DNA of 64,000 nucleotides, from positions 32,001 to 96,000 of IMG/VR virus record IMGVR_UViG_3300011113_000492; one strand, written 5' to 3'. A program made the position numbers and the translations under genes. Shown in pieces: positions 54,777 through 64,000 of this stretch. Below the pieces are notes generated by a model, which saw only the letters and a program-made list of their open reading frames with translations, ran no database searches and was not told the origin of the DNA. Every line of letters starts with the position of its first letter. The stretch's first letter is position 1. The DNA comes from a virus.

Positions 54777-55277
54777 ATGACCGCAATGAGCAGAAGTCGA
54801 CAAAGACATACCTTTCAGGCAAGACGTGCAAACAGCGACGAGTTTACCAAGATTATGGAAGAAATTCGAAATCAAGATTTCTCAAGAGATAACGATGAGG
54901 AATGGCAGAAAAATAATATGGAATATGATCTACGCACCACTGATTGGATTTTGGAAAAAGTTCGAAATAGTAAAACTTATTCCCAAAATTTATATGCTGC
55001 TATGTGCAACAACGATTTCCAACGAAATGATGTATTACCGATTCTTAAAGATCAATACTGGCATTGCAGTTGGAGATACGCCGGAGGTATCATTGCTGAC
55101 ATGCGTGAAGAAGGGGACTACATTGATTGGTACTGTTCAGGCATAGTGGGAGATTCTGACATCGATGAGGGCGAATATCGTACCAAAACAGGATATGTAC
55201 CTGAGTGTACCATCACCGACGAAATTCGAGAAGACCTATTCAAATTGGGATGGTTGTGTTTTTCTGATAAAGATTAA
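54777..55277 (+). CDS. Conserved hypothetical phage protein
   Basis: YSQNLYAAMCNN, CSWRYAGGIIAD, YIDWYCSG. Confidence 0.8.
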   Translation: MTAMSRSRQRHTFQARRANSDEFTKIMEEIRNQDFSRDNDEEWQKNNMEYDLRTTDWILEKVRNSKTYSQNLYAAMCNNDFQRNDVLPILKDQYWHCSWRYAGGIIADMREEGDYIDWYCSGIVGDSDIDEGEYRTKTGYVPECTITDEIREDLFKLGWLCFSDKD

Positions 55278-55293
55278 TTAACAAGGAGACTGT

Positions 55294-55980
55294 ATGTTTG
55301 CAACTGTGGAAACAAAATTATGGCGAACTGCCAGCGAAGTAAATGAAGCAATGGTTCGAGTTTATAATCATATGCTCATGGCCATTGTAACCAGCGGTGT
55401 AGTAAGTTATTTGGTTAGTTCTAGTCCTGGGCTCATGGCATTTTTCTTCACTGGATTTATGAAATGGGTTGTGCTGTTTGCACCATTGGCTTTTGTGTTT
55501 TTGGTGCCTGTATTGCTAAATTCGGGAATTTCCAGAACGGGCAAAATTTTAACTCTGCACGGCTTTGCTGGACTAATGGGACTGAGCATGGCCAGTATCT
55601 TTGTGGTCTATACACTAGGCAGTATTGTATCGGCATTTTTGGGTGCTGGGGTACTGTTTGGCACTATGAGTCTTTATGGCTATTTTACCAAACAAAGTTT
55701 GGACAGTATCGGTAAATGGTGTTTTGTGGGCTTGATCGCAATTGTGATTGCTAGTATAATTAATATCTTTGTTGGCAGTAGTCTAGCACAAATGGTAATC
55801 AGTGCATTGGCTATCATTATCTTTTTGGGATTGACTGCCTACGATACTCAACAAATCCGAGAAATGGTCAGCGAACACACAGACGACAGCATTGAAATCA
55901 GTGCGGCGTTGACTTTGTATTTGAATTTTATTAACTTGTTTATCAGCTTACTTCAACTATTTGGCGGGAAAAAAGATTAA
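55294..55980 (+). CDS. Bax inhibitor-1/YccA family membrane protein
   Basis: 7 TM; YGYFTKQSL, LTAYDTQQI, ALTLYLNFINLF. Confidence 0.9.
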   Translation: MFATVETKLWRTASEVNEAMVRVYNHMLMAIVTSGVVSYLVSSSPGLMAFFFTGFMKWVVLFAPLAFVFLVPVLLNSGISRTGKILTLHGFAGLMGLSMASIFVVYTLGSIVSAFLGAGVLFGTMSLYGYFTKQSLDSIGKWCFVGLIAIVIASIINIFVGSSLAQMVISALAIIIFLGLTAYDTQQIREMVSEHTDDSIEISAALTLYLNFINLFISLLQLFGGKKD

Positions 55981-56826
55981 ATGGCACAATACGCACATTA
56001 CTGGAGTTGTTCAAATTTTGCAGACTGGGTTCGCGGTACTAAGAAACTCGGTGCTGGCACATCCGAGGAATGGGATGAATGGACCACTGCGGCAAAAATG
56101 AAACACAACTTCCGATATTGGTTAGCAGAAGACGGGTTAGATCATCTTCAAAACTTTGTTTATTACATTCCCAATTGCTTAAATGATATACGATATTACA
56201 TTAATAATCGCTGGGTCTCTCATAGTCATCGCCTTACAGCAAGCCCTAAGGACATCAAACCGGGTTCATGGTGTGATGTGGGCAATCGTTTTTTGCCTTG
56301 TCTATTTAACGAGCTTGTGGATTTTGTTGAAATAGAACAAGCATGGCATCACTGTATGTGGAGTGACGAGGCTAAGACTAAGTTCAACGTGCCTTGGTAT
56401 CGTAAAGGTTGGCTGCGCTGGCGTACATGGCGTTGCCCAGAAGCTGGTCTAGAATATTTGAAATGGGCCGCAGGTCTTAAAGTCGATGAAACTATGGGAG
56501 TCGAGCCTGGTGAAAAAGGCTACGGAGAGCCCACATACCAAGCCAAAGCTGCTAAAGAAATTATTGATCTTTACACTTGGTGGACTGTGACTTATCGCAA
56601 TCGCCCTGATCCCTATGATGCCAGTGGTTGGACTGCTCACTGTGACGCTATGCGAGCAAAGTACCCAGGCAGTTTCTTGTCTAGTATAAACTCAAAAGAT
56701 CCGGTAGATCGTCGAGCCAGCGATAAAGCACACAAGCTGCTTCAAAAGATAGAAGCAGCCTACGCTAAGGAAGACGAAGCTATGATGATTCGTTTAATTA
56801 GAATTCGTGAATCACTGTGGACTTAA
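55981..56826 (+). CDS. Conserved hypothetical phage protein
   Basis: Long Trp-rich ORF; LFNELVDFVEIE, MIRLIRIRESLWT. Confidence 0.8.
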   Translation: MAQYAHYWSCSNFADWVRGTKKLGAGTSEEWDEWTTAAKMKHNFRYWLAEDGLDHLQNFVYYIPNCLNDIRYYINNRWVSHSHRLTASPKDIKPGSWCDVGNRFLPCLFNELVDFVEIEQAWHHCMWSDEAKTKFNVPWYRKGWLRWRTWRCPEAGLEYLKWAAGLKVDETMGVEPGEKGYGEPTYQAKAAKEIIDLYTWWTVTYRNRPDPYDASGWTAHCDAMRAKYPGSFLSSINSKDPVDRRASDKAHKLLQKIEAAYAKEDEAMMIRLIRIRESLWT

Positions 56827-56827
56827 C

Positions 56828-57184
56828 ATGAGCTCGGATACTTTTTTTGAATTTCTTGCTTTTTTTGTACAAGTTATTTTTTGGTGGTTTATATTTCAAA
56901 CAGTGTTGGCTGTTCTCTTGCGTATGCGAGAAAACAAAGAACAACGTTTCAAAAACATGATCGAAAAATTAGACGAAGTTACTCATCGAGTTTTGGTTGA
57001 AAAACACGGGGATATGTATTATTGGTTTGATGCAGATGATAACGAATTTTTAGCACAGGGTAAGAGTCTCGAAGACACCATAGATATCCTTAAAAAGCGT
57101 TTCCCCACCCATATGTTTTTTGTAACCACCGGGGACAAAAAATATAAAATTGCTAGTCCGAATTGGAATTTAGAGCCCTATTAA
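56828..57184 (+). CDS. Membrane-anchored hypothetical protein
   Basis: N-terminal TM; FLAQG. Confidence 0.7.
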   Translation: MSSDTFFEFLAFFVQVIFWWFIFQTVLAVLLRMRENKEQRFKNMIEKLDEVTHRVLVEKHGDMYYWFDADDNEFLAQGKSLEDTIDILKKRFPTHMFFVTTGDKKYKIASPNWNLEPY

Positions 57185-57197
57185 TAAAAAGTATTAC

Positions 57198-57226
57198 TTG
57201 CTCAAAAACATTAATTCTGCTATAAT
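57198..57226 (+). promoter_or_regulatory. sigma70-type promoter
   Basis: TTGCTC-17-(TGC)TATAAT. Confidence 0.7.
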
Positions 57227-57257
57227 GTACACAGTTTAACACTGTCGGGTCATTTAT

Positions 57258-57656
57258 ATGAGTATGCATCTCCATCATCCCAGTCTCAGTCTCAACGGCA
57301 AGAAAAAAGGCAAAGTTAAATTTCGCAATGCCGAAGAAGCTCGCCGAGCTCGCGAACTGGAGGATTCTTGGAAAGATCTACAGAAAAAATGGGGAGTAGA
57401 TGAGCAGGAGCGTAAGCGCAAACGTGCATTGGCTGCGCCGCCCTTGCAGGGGAATTATAAACTCAGTGTGCCCCCTGGCCGAAGTACTGCTCATATTCCC
57501 AGTCTTAACAGCGGTGCTGGAGTAGCAACTTTGGCGCCAGCAAAAGTATACACGGGCACAAAAGTCAAAGGTATTGCAACCATGCATAAATCTAATGCAG
57601 TTCCAGTCTTCAGTGACGAAGAAGCAGTTGAAATTTCTAGAATGAGGCGTGGTTAA
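57258..57656 (+). CDS. Basic hypothetical protein
   Basis: YTGTKVKGIATMHKSNAVPVF motif typical of T4-like phage ORFs. Confidence 0.75.
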   Translation: MSMHLHHPSLSLNGKKKGKVKFRNAEEARRARELEDSWKDLQKKWGVDEQERKRKRALAAPPLQGNYKLSVPPGRSTAHIPSLNSGAGVATLAPAKVYTGTKVKGIATMHKSNAVPVFSDEEAVEISRMRRG

Positions 57657-57703
57657 AACTTGTATTGGTAGGTAAATAGACATTTAAGGAGAAATATTAA
57701 AAA

Positions 57704-57922
57704 GTGGCAAAAGAAGAAGGTATGAAAATGAATGGTGTTGTAACCGAAGTGTTAGGTAACGCCATGTTTCGTGTTAAAATTGAAAACAGCGAGTATCTAG
57801 TTACCGCTTATATCGGCGGAAAATTGCGTAAGCATGACATTAAAGTTATTGCAGGCGATAAAGTAGTCATGGAAATGAGCCCATACGATCTCACTAAAGG
57901 CAGAATTATGTATAGAAATTAA
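57704..57922 (+). CDS. infA: Translation initiation factor IF-1
   Basis: [44 protein letters not shown]; GTG start with TAAGGAG. Confidence 0.95.
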   Translation: MAKEEGMKMNGVVTEVLGNAMFRVKIENSEYLVTAYIGGKLRKHDIKVIAGDKVVMEMSPYDLTKGRIMYRN

Positions 57923-57926
57923 CTTC

Positions 57927-57934
57927 TATAAATA
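57927..57934 (+). promoter_or_regulatory. T4-type late promoter
   Basis: TATAAATA, 5 nt before the sod ATG. Confidence 0.75.
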
Positions 57935-57939
57935 GTTGT

Positions 57940-58500
57940 ATGTCCGATCTAAGAAACTTAATTAACCTAGTAGAAGCAAAAAGCAAACAAGATTTAGTAT
58001 TAGAGAAACTTCCTTATACTAGATCGGGATTGGCTCCAGTAATGAGTCAAGCCACCGTCGATTATCACTACGGTGATCTTGCCAAAGGTTATGTGGATCG
58101 TTACAATAAAGGGGAAGGGGATCCTGTTTTCAATGAAGCAGGTGCATTTCTACATAATATTTTCTTCCCACAGCTAATGGCTCCAAAAAATGCCAATTCC
58201 CCAAAAGGTGCCAGTTTAAGTCTAATAAATCGACGTTACGGTGATTTTAAAAGCTTCAAAGAAGAATTTAAAAAAGAAGCCATGAAGATACAAGGTTCTG
58301 GTTGGATCTACATGGCCCGCAACGGTGATATCAAGACTATAAAAAATCATCAAATAAAAAATGATATTGCCTTGCTTATTGACTGGTGGGAACATGCATG
58401 GGCCAAAGACTACGGCGCCAATAAAAGCAAATATCTAGATAATATTTGGCGTTGTATCAATTGGGACAAAGTAAACATTAGAATCTACGCTGGAAAATAA
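57940..58500 (+). CDS. sod: Fe/Mn superoxide dismutase, divergent, with N-terminal extension
   Basis: LPY...[27 protein letters not shown]. Confidence 0.85.
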   Translation: MSDLRNLINLVEAKSKQDLVLEKLPYTRSGLAPVMSQATVDYHYGDLAKGYVDRYNKGEGDPVFNEAGAFLHNIFFPQLMAPKNANSPKGASLSLINRRYGDFKSFKEEFKKEAMKIQGSGWIYMARNGDIKTIKNHQIKNDIALLIDWWEHAWAKDYGANKSKYLDNIWRCINWDKVNIRIYAGK

Positions 58501-58501
58501 T

Positions 58502-58828
58502 ATGCTAACTTTAACAGAAAATGCAGTACAAAAAATTAAAGAACTTCTGGCTGAAGAAAACAACCCAAGTCTAAAACTTAGAAGTTTCGTTCAGGGCGGT
58601 GGTTGTAGCGGTATGCAGTACGGTTTTACATTCGATGAAACACAAAACGAAGACGATTTTGTAATAGAAAATGATGGTATAGCAGTGTTGGTAGACTCAA
58701 TGAGTATGCAATATATGGATGGTGCTAAAATCGATTATAAAAACGATTTAATGGGTTCGAGTTTTAGTATTGATAATCCAAATGCCCAAACTAGTTGCGG
58801 TTGTGGTAGTAGTTTTAGCCCTTATTAA
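58502..58828 (+). CDS. erpA: A-type Fe-S carrier (HesB/IscA/ErpA family)
   Basis: [33 protein letters not shown]. Confidence 0.92.
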   Translation: MLTLTENAVQKIKELLAEENNPSLKLRSFVQGGGCSGMQYGFTFDETQNEDDFVIENDGIAVLVDSMSMQYMDGAKIDYKNDLMGSSFSIDNPNAQTSCGCGSSFSPY

Positions 58829-58852
58829 GGTTTAGACTAATTAGTCTAAACC
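58829..58852. repeat. Perfect 24-bp palindrome
   Basis: GGTTTAGACTAATTAGTCTAAACC. Confidence 0.9.
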
Positions 58853-58881
58853 CGATAAATAAGTTAAATGGGTTTTAGACT

Positions 58882-59748
58882 ATGACAGATTTCGTTTATG
58901 TATACACCGGTGCTGCACCAAATGACGGCACAGGTAATTCTATCAGGGATAGCTTTACTATCCTAAATGAAAATTTTCGCTGGTTTCACGGCAATATTTG
59001 GCCGGATCAAAGCCAAAACGATTTAACTGCTAATATTACCAGTACTTACATCAGTAGATTTAACTTAGTACAGTCTGGTGAAGTACAAAGCGGCAGTTTT
59101 GGAAATACAGATGCATCTTCTACTTACTTAGGCAACGTTTTTACTGCTAGTAATTCATTTCAAGGAAGGTTAGGCGCACATGGTGGAAATGCTGCTATTG
59201 TATCAACTTTAAGTGCAACAGGAAATGTAGCTGTAGCAAATTTAACAGTTAATGGATCCGCTACATTAAGTTCTCTTACTATCAATAGTTTAAATAATAC
59301 CGTAATAGGCAACATTACTCCAGCAACTGGTGCGTTTACTACTATATCGTCAACTGGAAGTATAACTACAGGCGGGGATGTAATTTTAACCAATGCAAAT
59401 GTTACCAATGTTAGATATCTGAGCAGAAATGTATCAAATTTTCTATCAGCTAATTTACAGTCTAGTGCCACAATTTCATTATCAATAGGTAGCGTCGGAC
59501 AATTCAATGCTGTTAGTATTAATACCAATGCCACACTTGGGTATTCTACTATTTCTACTGGAGTTGAAAGGATATTAGTTGTAAAAAATCAAAACGACGG
59601 TGTAGTTAGACAGATAACATTACCCAGTGCATTTAATAACAAAGGTAATGCCACCATACTAATTGGAGCAAATAGTTCTGCAATGTTACAATTCATACCA
59701 TTCAACACTGATTCCGCAAATGTATACGTAAACATTACTAATACTTAA
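58882..59748 (+). CDS. Virion structural protein (tail/baseplate-associated)
   Basis: GAAPNDGTGNSIRDSFTILNENF (gp10/fibre-type N-terminal motif); Asn/Thr/Ser-rich. Confidence 0.8.
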   Translation: MTDFVYVYTGAAPNDGTGNSIRDSFTILNENFRWFHGNIWPDQSQNDLTANITSTYISRFNLVQSGEVQSGSFGNTDASSTYLGNVFTASNSFQGRLGAHGGNAAIVSTLSATGNVAVANLTVNGSATLSSLTINSLNNTVIGNITPATGAFTTISSTGSITTGGDVILTNANVTNVRYLSRNVSNFLSANLQSSATISLSIGSVGQFNAVSINTNATLGYSTISTGVERILVVKNQNDGVVRQITLPSAFNNKGNATILIGANSSAMLQFIPFNTDSANVYVNITNT

Positions 59749-59751
59749 AAT

Positions 59752-62367
59752 ATGTCAGCACCAATTTGGTTAACCAACCCCGGCGATCTCGGTATTATAC
59801 CAGAACAAGAATATTTTGAATTCTTTTTCGATGCTTATAATCCGGGTGGTGGTTCATTGACTTACAGTGTAATCGCAGGCCAATTACCCACTGGATTAGA
59901 AATTAAATCCAATGGGTCTATGTTAGGTATACCTAGCGGAAAAGTGGGCGGTGTACCCAGTGCTGTGGAAAAAGTGACTGTCAGTGAATTTACAATTCGT
60001 ATTACAAATTCTAATTATCTTGTTGCTGATAGAACTTTTACACTTACAGTAGCTGGTATATTGCCGCAGACTATAACACCAACAGCCACTGATCTAGGTA
60101 CCTTTGTTGATGGCACTTTTATTGAGATCGATATCAATACCATAGAGCCCAATCCTTATTTAGATTCTACATTTTCTATTATCGAAGGAGAATTGCCTCT
60201 TGGACTATCACTGGACCCTATAACCGGCATTATATCAGGTTATGCTGAACCTGTGCAAACAGGGCAGTCATCGGGTAATTCAAATTTTGACATGAGCCCG
60301 TGGGATGAATATGCATTTGATTTTACAGGTATAAGCAGTAGTAAAAATTATCAATTTACCATCAAAGCAGACAACGGTGTAACCATTGAAACTAAAATTT
60401 ACACCATATATATTATTGCTATCTCAAATCTAACAGCAGACAATGATATTTTAAAAGCAGACAACGTAAGTTTAATCACTGCCGATTATGCGCCCCCTTA
60501 CCATACTCCTGTCATTTTAAATACAGCAGGATCTCTGGGACAAGTCAGACAGAACACAGAAGTTAATGTCGAAATAAACGGAAAAGATTTTGATAACGAT
60601 GCTATTAACTATGTCCTTATCAGCGGATCTTTGCCGCCAGGATTATCACTGAACACCACATCAGGGTGGATTACAGGAATTGTTCCTTTCGGACAATTGG
60701 GTAGCACAACTTACACTTTTTCAATCAGTGTTTTTAAAACAGACATTCCCGAATATATAAGCCCAGCTAAGACATTTACATTAGATGTTTTAGGACAAGT
60801 TGACGACATTGTTACTTGGATTACTGACAGTGATTTAGGAATTTTATATGGTGGCGAAATCAGCGAACTGTATATAGAAGCTACCACACCCAGCGGTCGA
60901 TTGTTAAATTATAACATTACTGCGGGCAGCTATGGAAGACTCCCCCCAGGACTAACACTGACTACTAGTGGGTTACTGTCTGGTAGAGTAAGTTTTGAAA
61001 GCTTCATGTTAGACAGTGGAACCACAACATTCGACAACAATACCACACTAACTACATTTGATAGAGTTTTTACTTTTACAATATCTGCAGCAGATATAGA
61101 AAACTATGTTTACAGTACAAAAACATTTACACTAAAAATTAGCGTAAATGATATTAAACCTTTTGAAAACTTATACATATCAATTTTACCAAACAAAGAA
61201 CAAAGAGCTATATACAATTCTATTGTGAATAACGGGGACATTTTTCCCGATAGTTATTTGTATCGTTCTACAGATCCGTGGTTCGGTAAAAATATACAGA
61301 GAAGAAGTTTATTTTTGGCAGGATTAAATCCAGATACTGCGGCTGAATATATTAGCGCAATGACTTTAAATCATTACTGGAAAACTTTGTATTTTGGAGA
61401 AATCAAAACAGCACAGGCCTTGGATAATAATTTTAATTCGATTTATGAAGTTGTTTACGTAGAAATTTTAGATAGAGGGGTAAATGATCAAGGGCTGGGG
61501 CCGAATTTAAGCATATCATTGCCATCTAATAGTAGAAACATTAGCACTGTTTATCCCAATAGTTTCCCCAATATGGCTCAGAGAATAGAAAATAGCGTTG
61601 GATATGAAAATCGAAGTATATTACCCAAATGGATGACTAGTAGACAACGCGACGGAACTGTGTTAGGATTTACAAGGGCACTGGTGCTGTGTTACGCCAA
61701 ACCCGGAAAAGCTGAAGAAATAGCTTATAGAGTAAGACAGATACAACGCGAATTACAATATATAGATTTTACTATTGACAGATACGAATGGGATAATTCA
61801 CTGAGTGACAGTTTTAATAAATCCACTGGATCATTTATTCCAAATAATTTTGCTTATGCATCTGGAAACATTACTGCTAATACAAACAGCAATATTATTA
61901 CAGGATTAACAACAACAATCAATGGTGCAGGAACTATCAGTGGAACTGTCGGAACTACTACACTAATCGGCACAAACACATCATTCGGTACTGAATTTAG
62001 GATAGGAAGGCCTGTGTATAGAGCAGACACTAATCAAGAGATTGGCATAATCAAAAGTATATCTAGTTCAACCAGTTGTAATGTAGTAAATCCACTAGTG
62101 TCTACTATTTCAAATATTTCGTATTTTGCCGAAACAAATACCACAGAATTCAGCACTGAAATTTTTGTTGGAGATACAATACTTGTTGGTAATGTACGGT
62201 TAGGTACTGTAAAATCTGTTAACAGTGATTCCAATATCACATTGTACGCAAACAGTCTTGCAAACGTAACCAATGTGCAATTCTTGCACAACAATAAAGA
62301 TCCTAGTAATCTGCCTGGAGAAGGAGATAAATATCTCAAGTATCCTCAAGTTGGAGTAATAACATAA
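59752..62367 (+). CDS. Baseplate wedge-like protein with putative Ig domains
   Basis: Repeated G.LPxGLxLxxxxGxIxG units; PxWLT N-terminus; FTIDRYEWD. Confidence 0.75.
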   Translation: MSAPIWLTNPGDLGIIPEQEYFEFFFDAYNPGGGSLTYSVIAGQLPTGLEIKSNGSMLGIPSGKVGGVPSAVEKVTVSEFTIRITNSNYLVADRTFTLTVAGILPQTITPTATDLGTFVDGTFIEIDINTIEPNPYLDSTFSIIEGELPLGLSLDPITGIISGYAEPVQTGQSSGNSNFDMSPWDEYAFDFTGISSSKNYQFTIKADNGVTIETKIYTIYIIAISNLTADNDILKADNVSLITADYAPPYHTPVILNTAGSLGQVRQNTEVNVEINGKDFDNDAINYVLISGSLPPGLSLNTTSGWITGIVPFGQLGSTTYTFSISVFKTDIPEYISPAKTFTLDVLGQVDDIVTWITDSDLGILYGGEISELYIEATTPSGRLLNYNITAGSYGRLPPGLTLTTSGLLSGRVSFESFMLDSGTTTFDNNTTLTTFDRVFTFTISAADIENYVYSTKTFTLKISVNDIKPFENLYISILPNKEQRAIYNSIVNNGDIFPDSYLYRSTDPWFGKNIQRRSLFLAGLNPDTAAEYISAMTLNHYWKTLYFGEIKTAQALDNNFNSIYEVVYVEILDRGVNDQGLGPNLSISLPSNSRNISTVYPNSFPNMAQRIENSVGYENRSILPKWMTSRQRDGTVLGFTRALVLCYAKPGKAEEIAYRVRQIQRELQYIDFTIDRYEWDNSLSDSFNKSTGSFIPNNFAYASGNITANTNSNIITGLTTTINGAGTISGTVGTTTLIGTNTSFGTEFRIGRPVYRADTNQEIGIIKSISSSTSCNVVNPLVSTISNISYFAETNTTEFSTEIFVGDTILVGNVRLGTVKSVNSDSNITLYANSLANVTNVQFLHNNKDPSNLPGEGDKYLKYPQVGVIT

Positions 62368-63603
62368 ATGGCAAGCCAAATTAATTATGACATAATCGAC
62401 GGCACATACCCTGTTGCTGGTCAAGACAATAGTAGTCAAGGTTTCAGAGATAATTTTACTAATATTAAAAACAACTTTGAAAGTGCCTACGACGAAATCA
62501 CCGATCTACAAAACAAAGTAATTCTAAAATCTCCGCTTAACAACGGTATTTTTGATAATAATATGCAGGGTAATGTAATTACCAATGCAAAGACTCAAGG
62601 ATTCCGAGATCTGAGATATAATAGAAATAGTGTAAGTGGCTCCATTAATGTAGACTTTAACACAGGATCTTATCAAACAATTAACTTAGTGGGAAACACC
62701 ACTATCAGTCAGTTTGCAAATTTTCCAACAACCACGGATACATTCAGTAGAATCAAACTTCAATTTGAGGTTCCTAGTTCTGGTTATACTGTGACGTTAC
62801 CAAACAGTCCAACCTCTAATGTCAATATTAATACTAGTTCTATTGCAGGATTGAATCCATCTACAAATTTATTGAGATTTGATGGGCCTGGTACTTATAC
62901 CTACGAATTTGGAACCACAGACGGTATAAATTTTAATATCATCGATTTAACTAATAATCGAGACACGGTGCCAGGGGGTAGTTTAACAATTACTACAGGT
63001 GTGGGCGGTGCTGCTACTGCAGGTATCACTATGTCTGTTACCAATATAGGGGGCGTTGCGGTAGGTAATATCACTGCAACAAACTTTTTTGGCAATATTA
63101 CAACTCTTGGCGGCAACTCTGCATCATTTGCCAGCAATGTAACTGCTGGAAATTTAATTGCCAATACTGGCATTGTTGGTACCTTGAAAACCGCACTGCA
63201 ACCTAACATTACATTATTAGGCACATTATCGACATTGTCAGTAACTGGCAATGCTAACGTCGGAAATCTTACTGTTACTGGCATGACAGATATGTGCGGT
63301 GGCTCAATGTATGGTTATCAGTTTGTTGCTGACGCTGCAAACGGTGCAAGCACACAAATTCTCAGTAACGTTGGTTGGTGTTTAATTGCACCGAATTCAG
63401 TGATTTCGAGTTACACTATCATTATGCCGTCAACGCCCAGGGATGGTCACGCTATTAAAATCAGTTTTGCCAACACTATTACAGCATTAACGCATACTAC
63501 AGGCGGAGCATTACTTAAAGGTGGATTTTCTACTGCCAATGCTAATGTGGGCGGTGAATGGATTTATCACTACACAACCAATACTTGGTATAAGTCTTCT
63601 TAA
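62368..63603 (+). CDS. Virion structural protein
   Basis: MASQINY..ID.TYPVAGQDNSSQGFRDNF, EITDLQ; structural operon context. Confidence 0.75.
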   Translation: MASQINYDIIDGTYPVAGQDNSSQGFRDNFTNIKNNFESAYDEITDLQNKVILKSPLNNGIFDNNMQGNVITNAKTQGFRDLRYNRNSVSGSINVDFNTGSYQTINLVGNTTISQFANFPTTTDTFSRIKLQFEVPSSGYTVTLPNSPTSNVNINTSSIAGLNPSTNLLRFDGPGTYTYEFGTTDGINFNIIDLTNNRDTVPGGSLTITTGVGGAATAGITMSVTNIGGVAVGNITATNFFGNITTLGGNSASFASNVTAGNLIANTGIVGTLKTALQPNITLLGTLSTLSVTGNANVGNLTVTGMTDMCGGSMYGYQFVADAANGASTQILSNVGWCLIAPNSVISSYTIIMPSTPRDGHAIKISFANTITALTHTTGGALLKGGFSTANANVGGEWIYHYTTNTWYKSS

Positions 63604-63617
63604 CATAATCAAATTGA

Positions 63618-63646
63618 TTGATCTCCTAGTTTAAATATTGTATAAT
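63618..63646 (+). promoter_or_regulatory. sigma70-type promoter
   Basis: TTGATC-17-TATAAT. Confidence 0.65.
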
Positions 63647-63670
63647 TGCAGTATACTAGGAGTTTCTTTT

Positions 63671-64000
63671 ATGCAAATTGATCTTAACAAATACGCTAAA
63701 TTCGTTGATGCAGTTACTTCGAAGGAATCAAATAATTACGATTATTTACATCGAAGAATTGAAGATCTAAGACATCAGACCGATTCGACACTTAATCCCA
63801 GTCTGTTGTTGACTGCTGCCATTGGATTGGCAGCTGAAGGTGGGGAGTTTGCCGAAATTCCTAAAAAGATCTTTTTTCAAGGCAAACCGTACAATGAAGA
63901 TGCTCGTTTTCATATGAAAAGAGAATTGGGAGATATTATGTGGTATTGGATTAATGCTTGTAGAGCATTGAACTTAGATCCCAATGATGTTATTGCAGAA
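63671..64000 (+). CDS. MazG-like nucleotide pyrophosphohydrolase (3' truncated)
   Basis: Manual translation: LTAAIGLAAEGGEFAEIPKKIFFQGK ... KRELGDIMWYW. Confidence 0.85.
   Translation, partial: MQIDLNKYAKFVDAVTSKESNNYDYLHRRIEDLRHQTDSTLNPSLLLTAAIGLAAEGGEFAEIPKKIFFQGKPYNEDARFHMKRELGDIMWYWINACRALNLDPNDVIAE

Noticed and set aside
1-64000. Stop-codon reassignment as seen in some jumbo phages
   Set aside because: Recognisable enzymes are full length under the standard code, and TAA, TGA and TAG all end genes at sensible positions.

Overview
This is a 64 kb segment of a large T4-like (jumbo) myophage genome. It is AT-rich, gene-dense and almost entirely on the + strand, and the standard genetic code fits. 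The porin, PstS, AhpC/AhpD, phasin-like and Ala/Pro/Lys-repeat proteins suggest a betaproteobacterial host, which is an inference. Two promoter classes alternate: sigma70-type early promoters (ggTTGACn-17-tgcTATAAT) and T4-like late promoters (TAAATA), many sitting 4-7 nt before an ATG. Contents in order: curlin-like/FecR/CHASE2-adenylate cyclase locus; free-standing HNH gene; two sugar/small-molecule modification clusters; UV endonuclease; small early ORFs; SprT and ClpP; amidoligase, disordered protein and protein kinase with possible head-targeting N-termini; ParB-like plus GIY-YIG-like pair; a circularly permuted (two-piece) tmRNA; a Pho-box-preceded pstS-plcP-glycosyltransferase block; ahpC...glyA...ahpD; DNA ligase; porin; about 10 small paralogues ending in FxL(R/K)W; IF-1, SOD and ErpA; baseplate/tail genes; MazG. 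The strongest leads are the permuted tmRNA with a non-canonical tag, the apparent phage-encoded phospholipid-to-glycolipid remodelling module, the FxLxW array, and the putative packaged enzyme set. All calls come from motifs read by eye; no database searches or folding programs were run.
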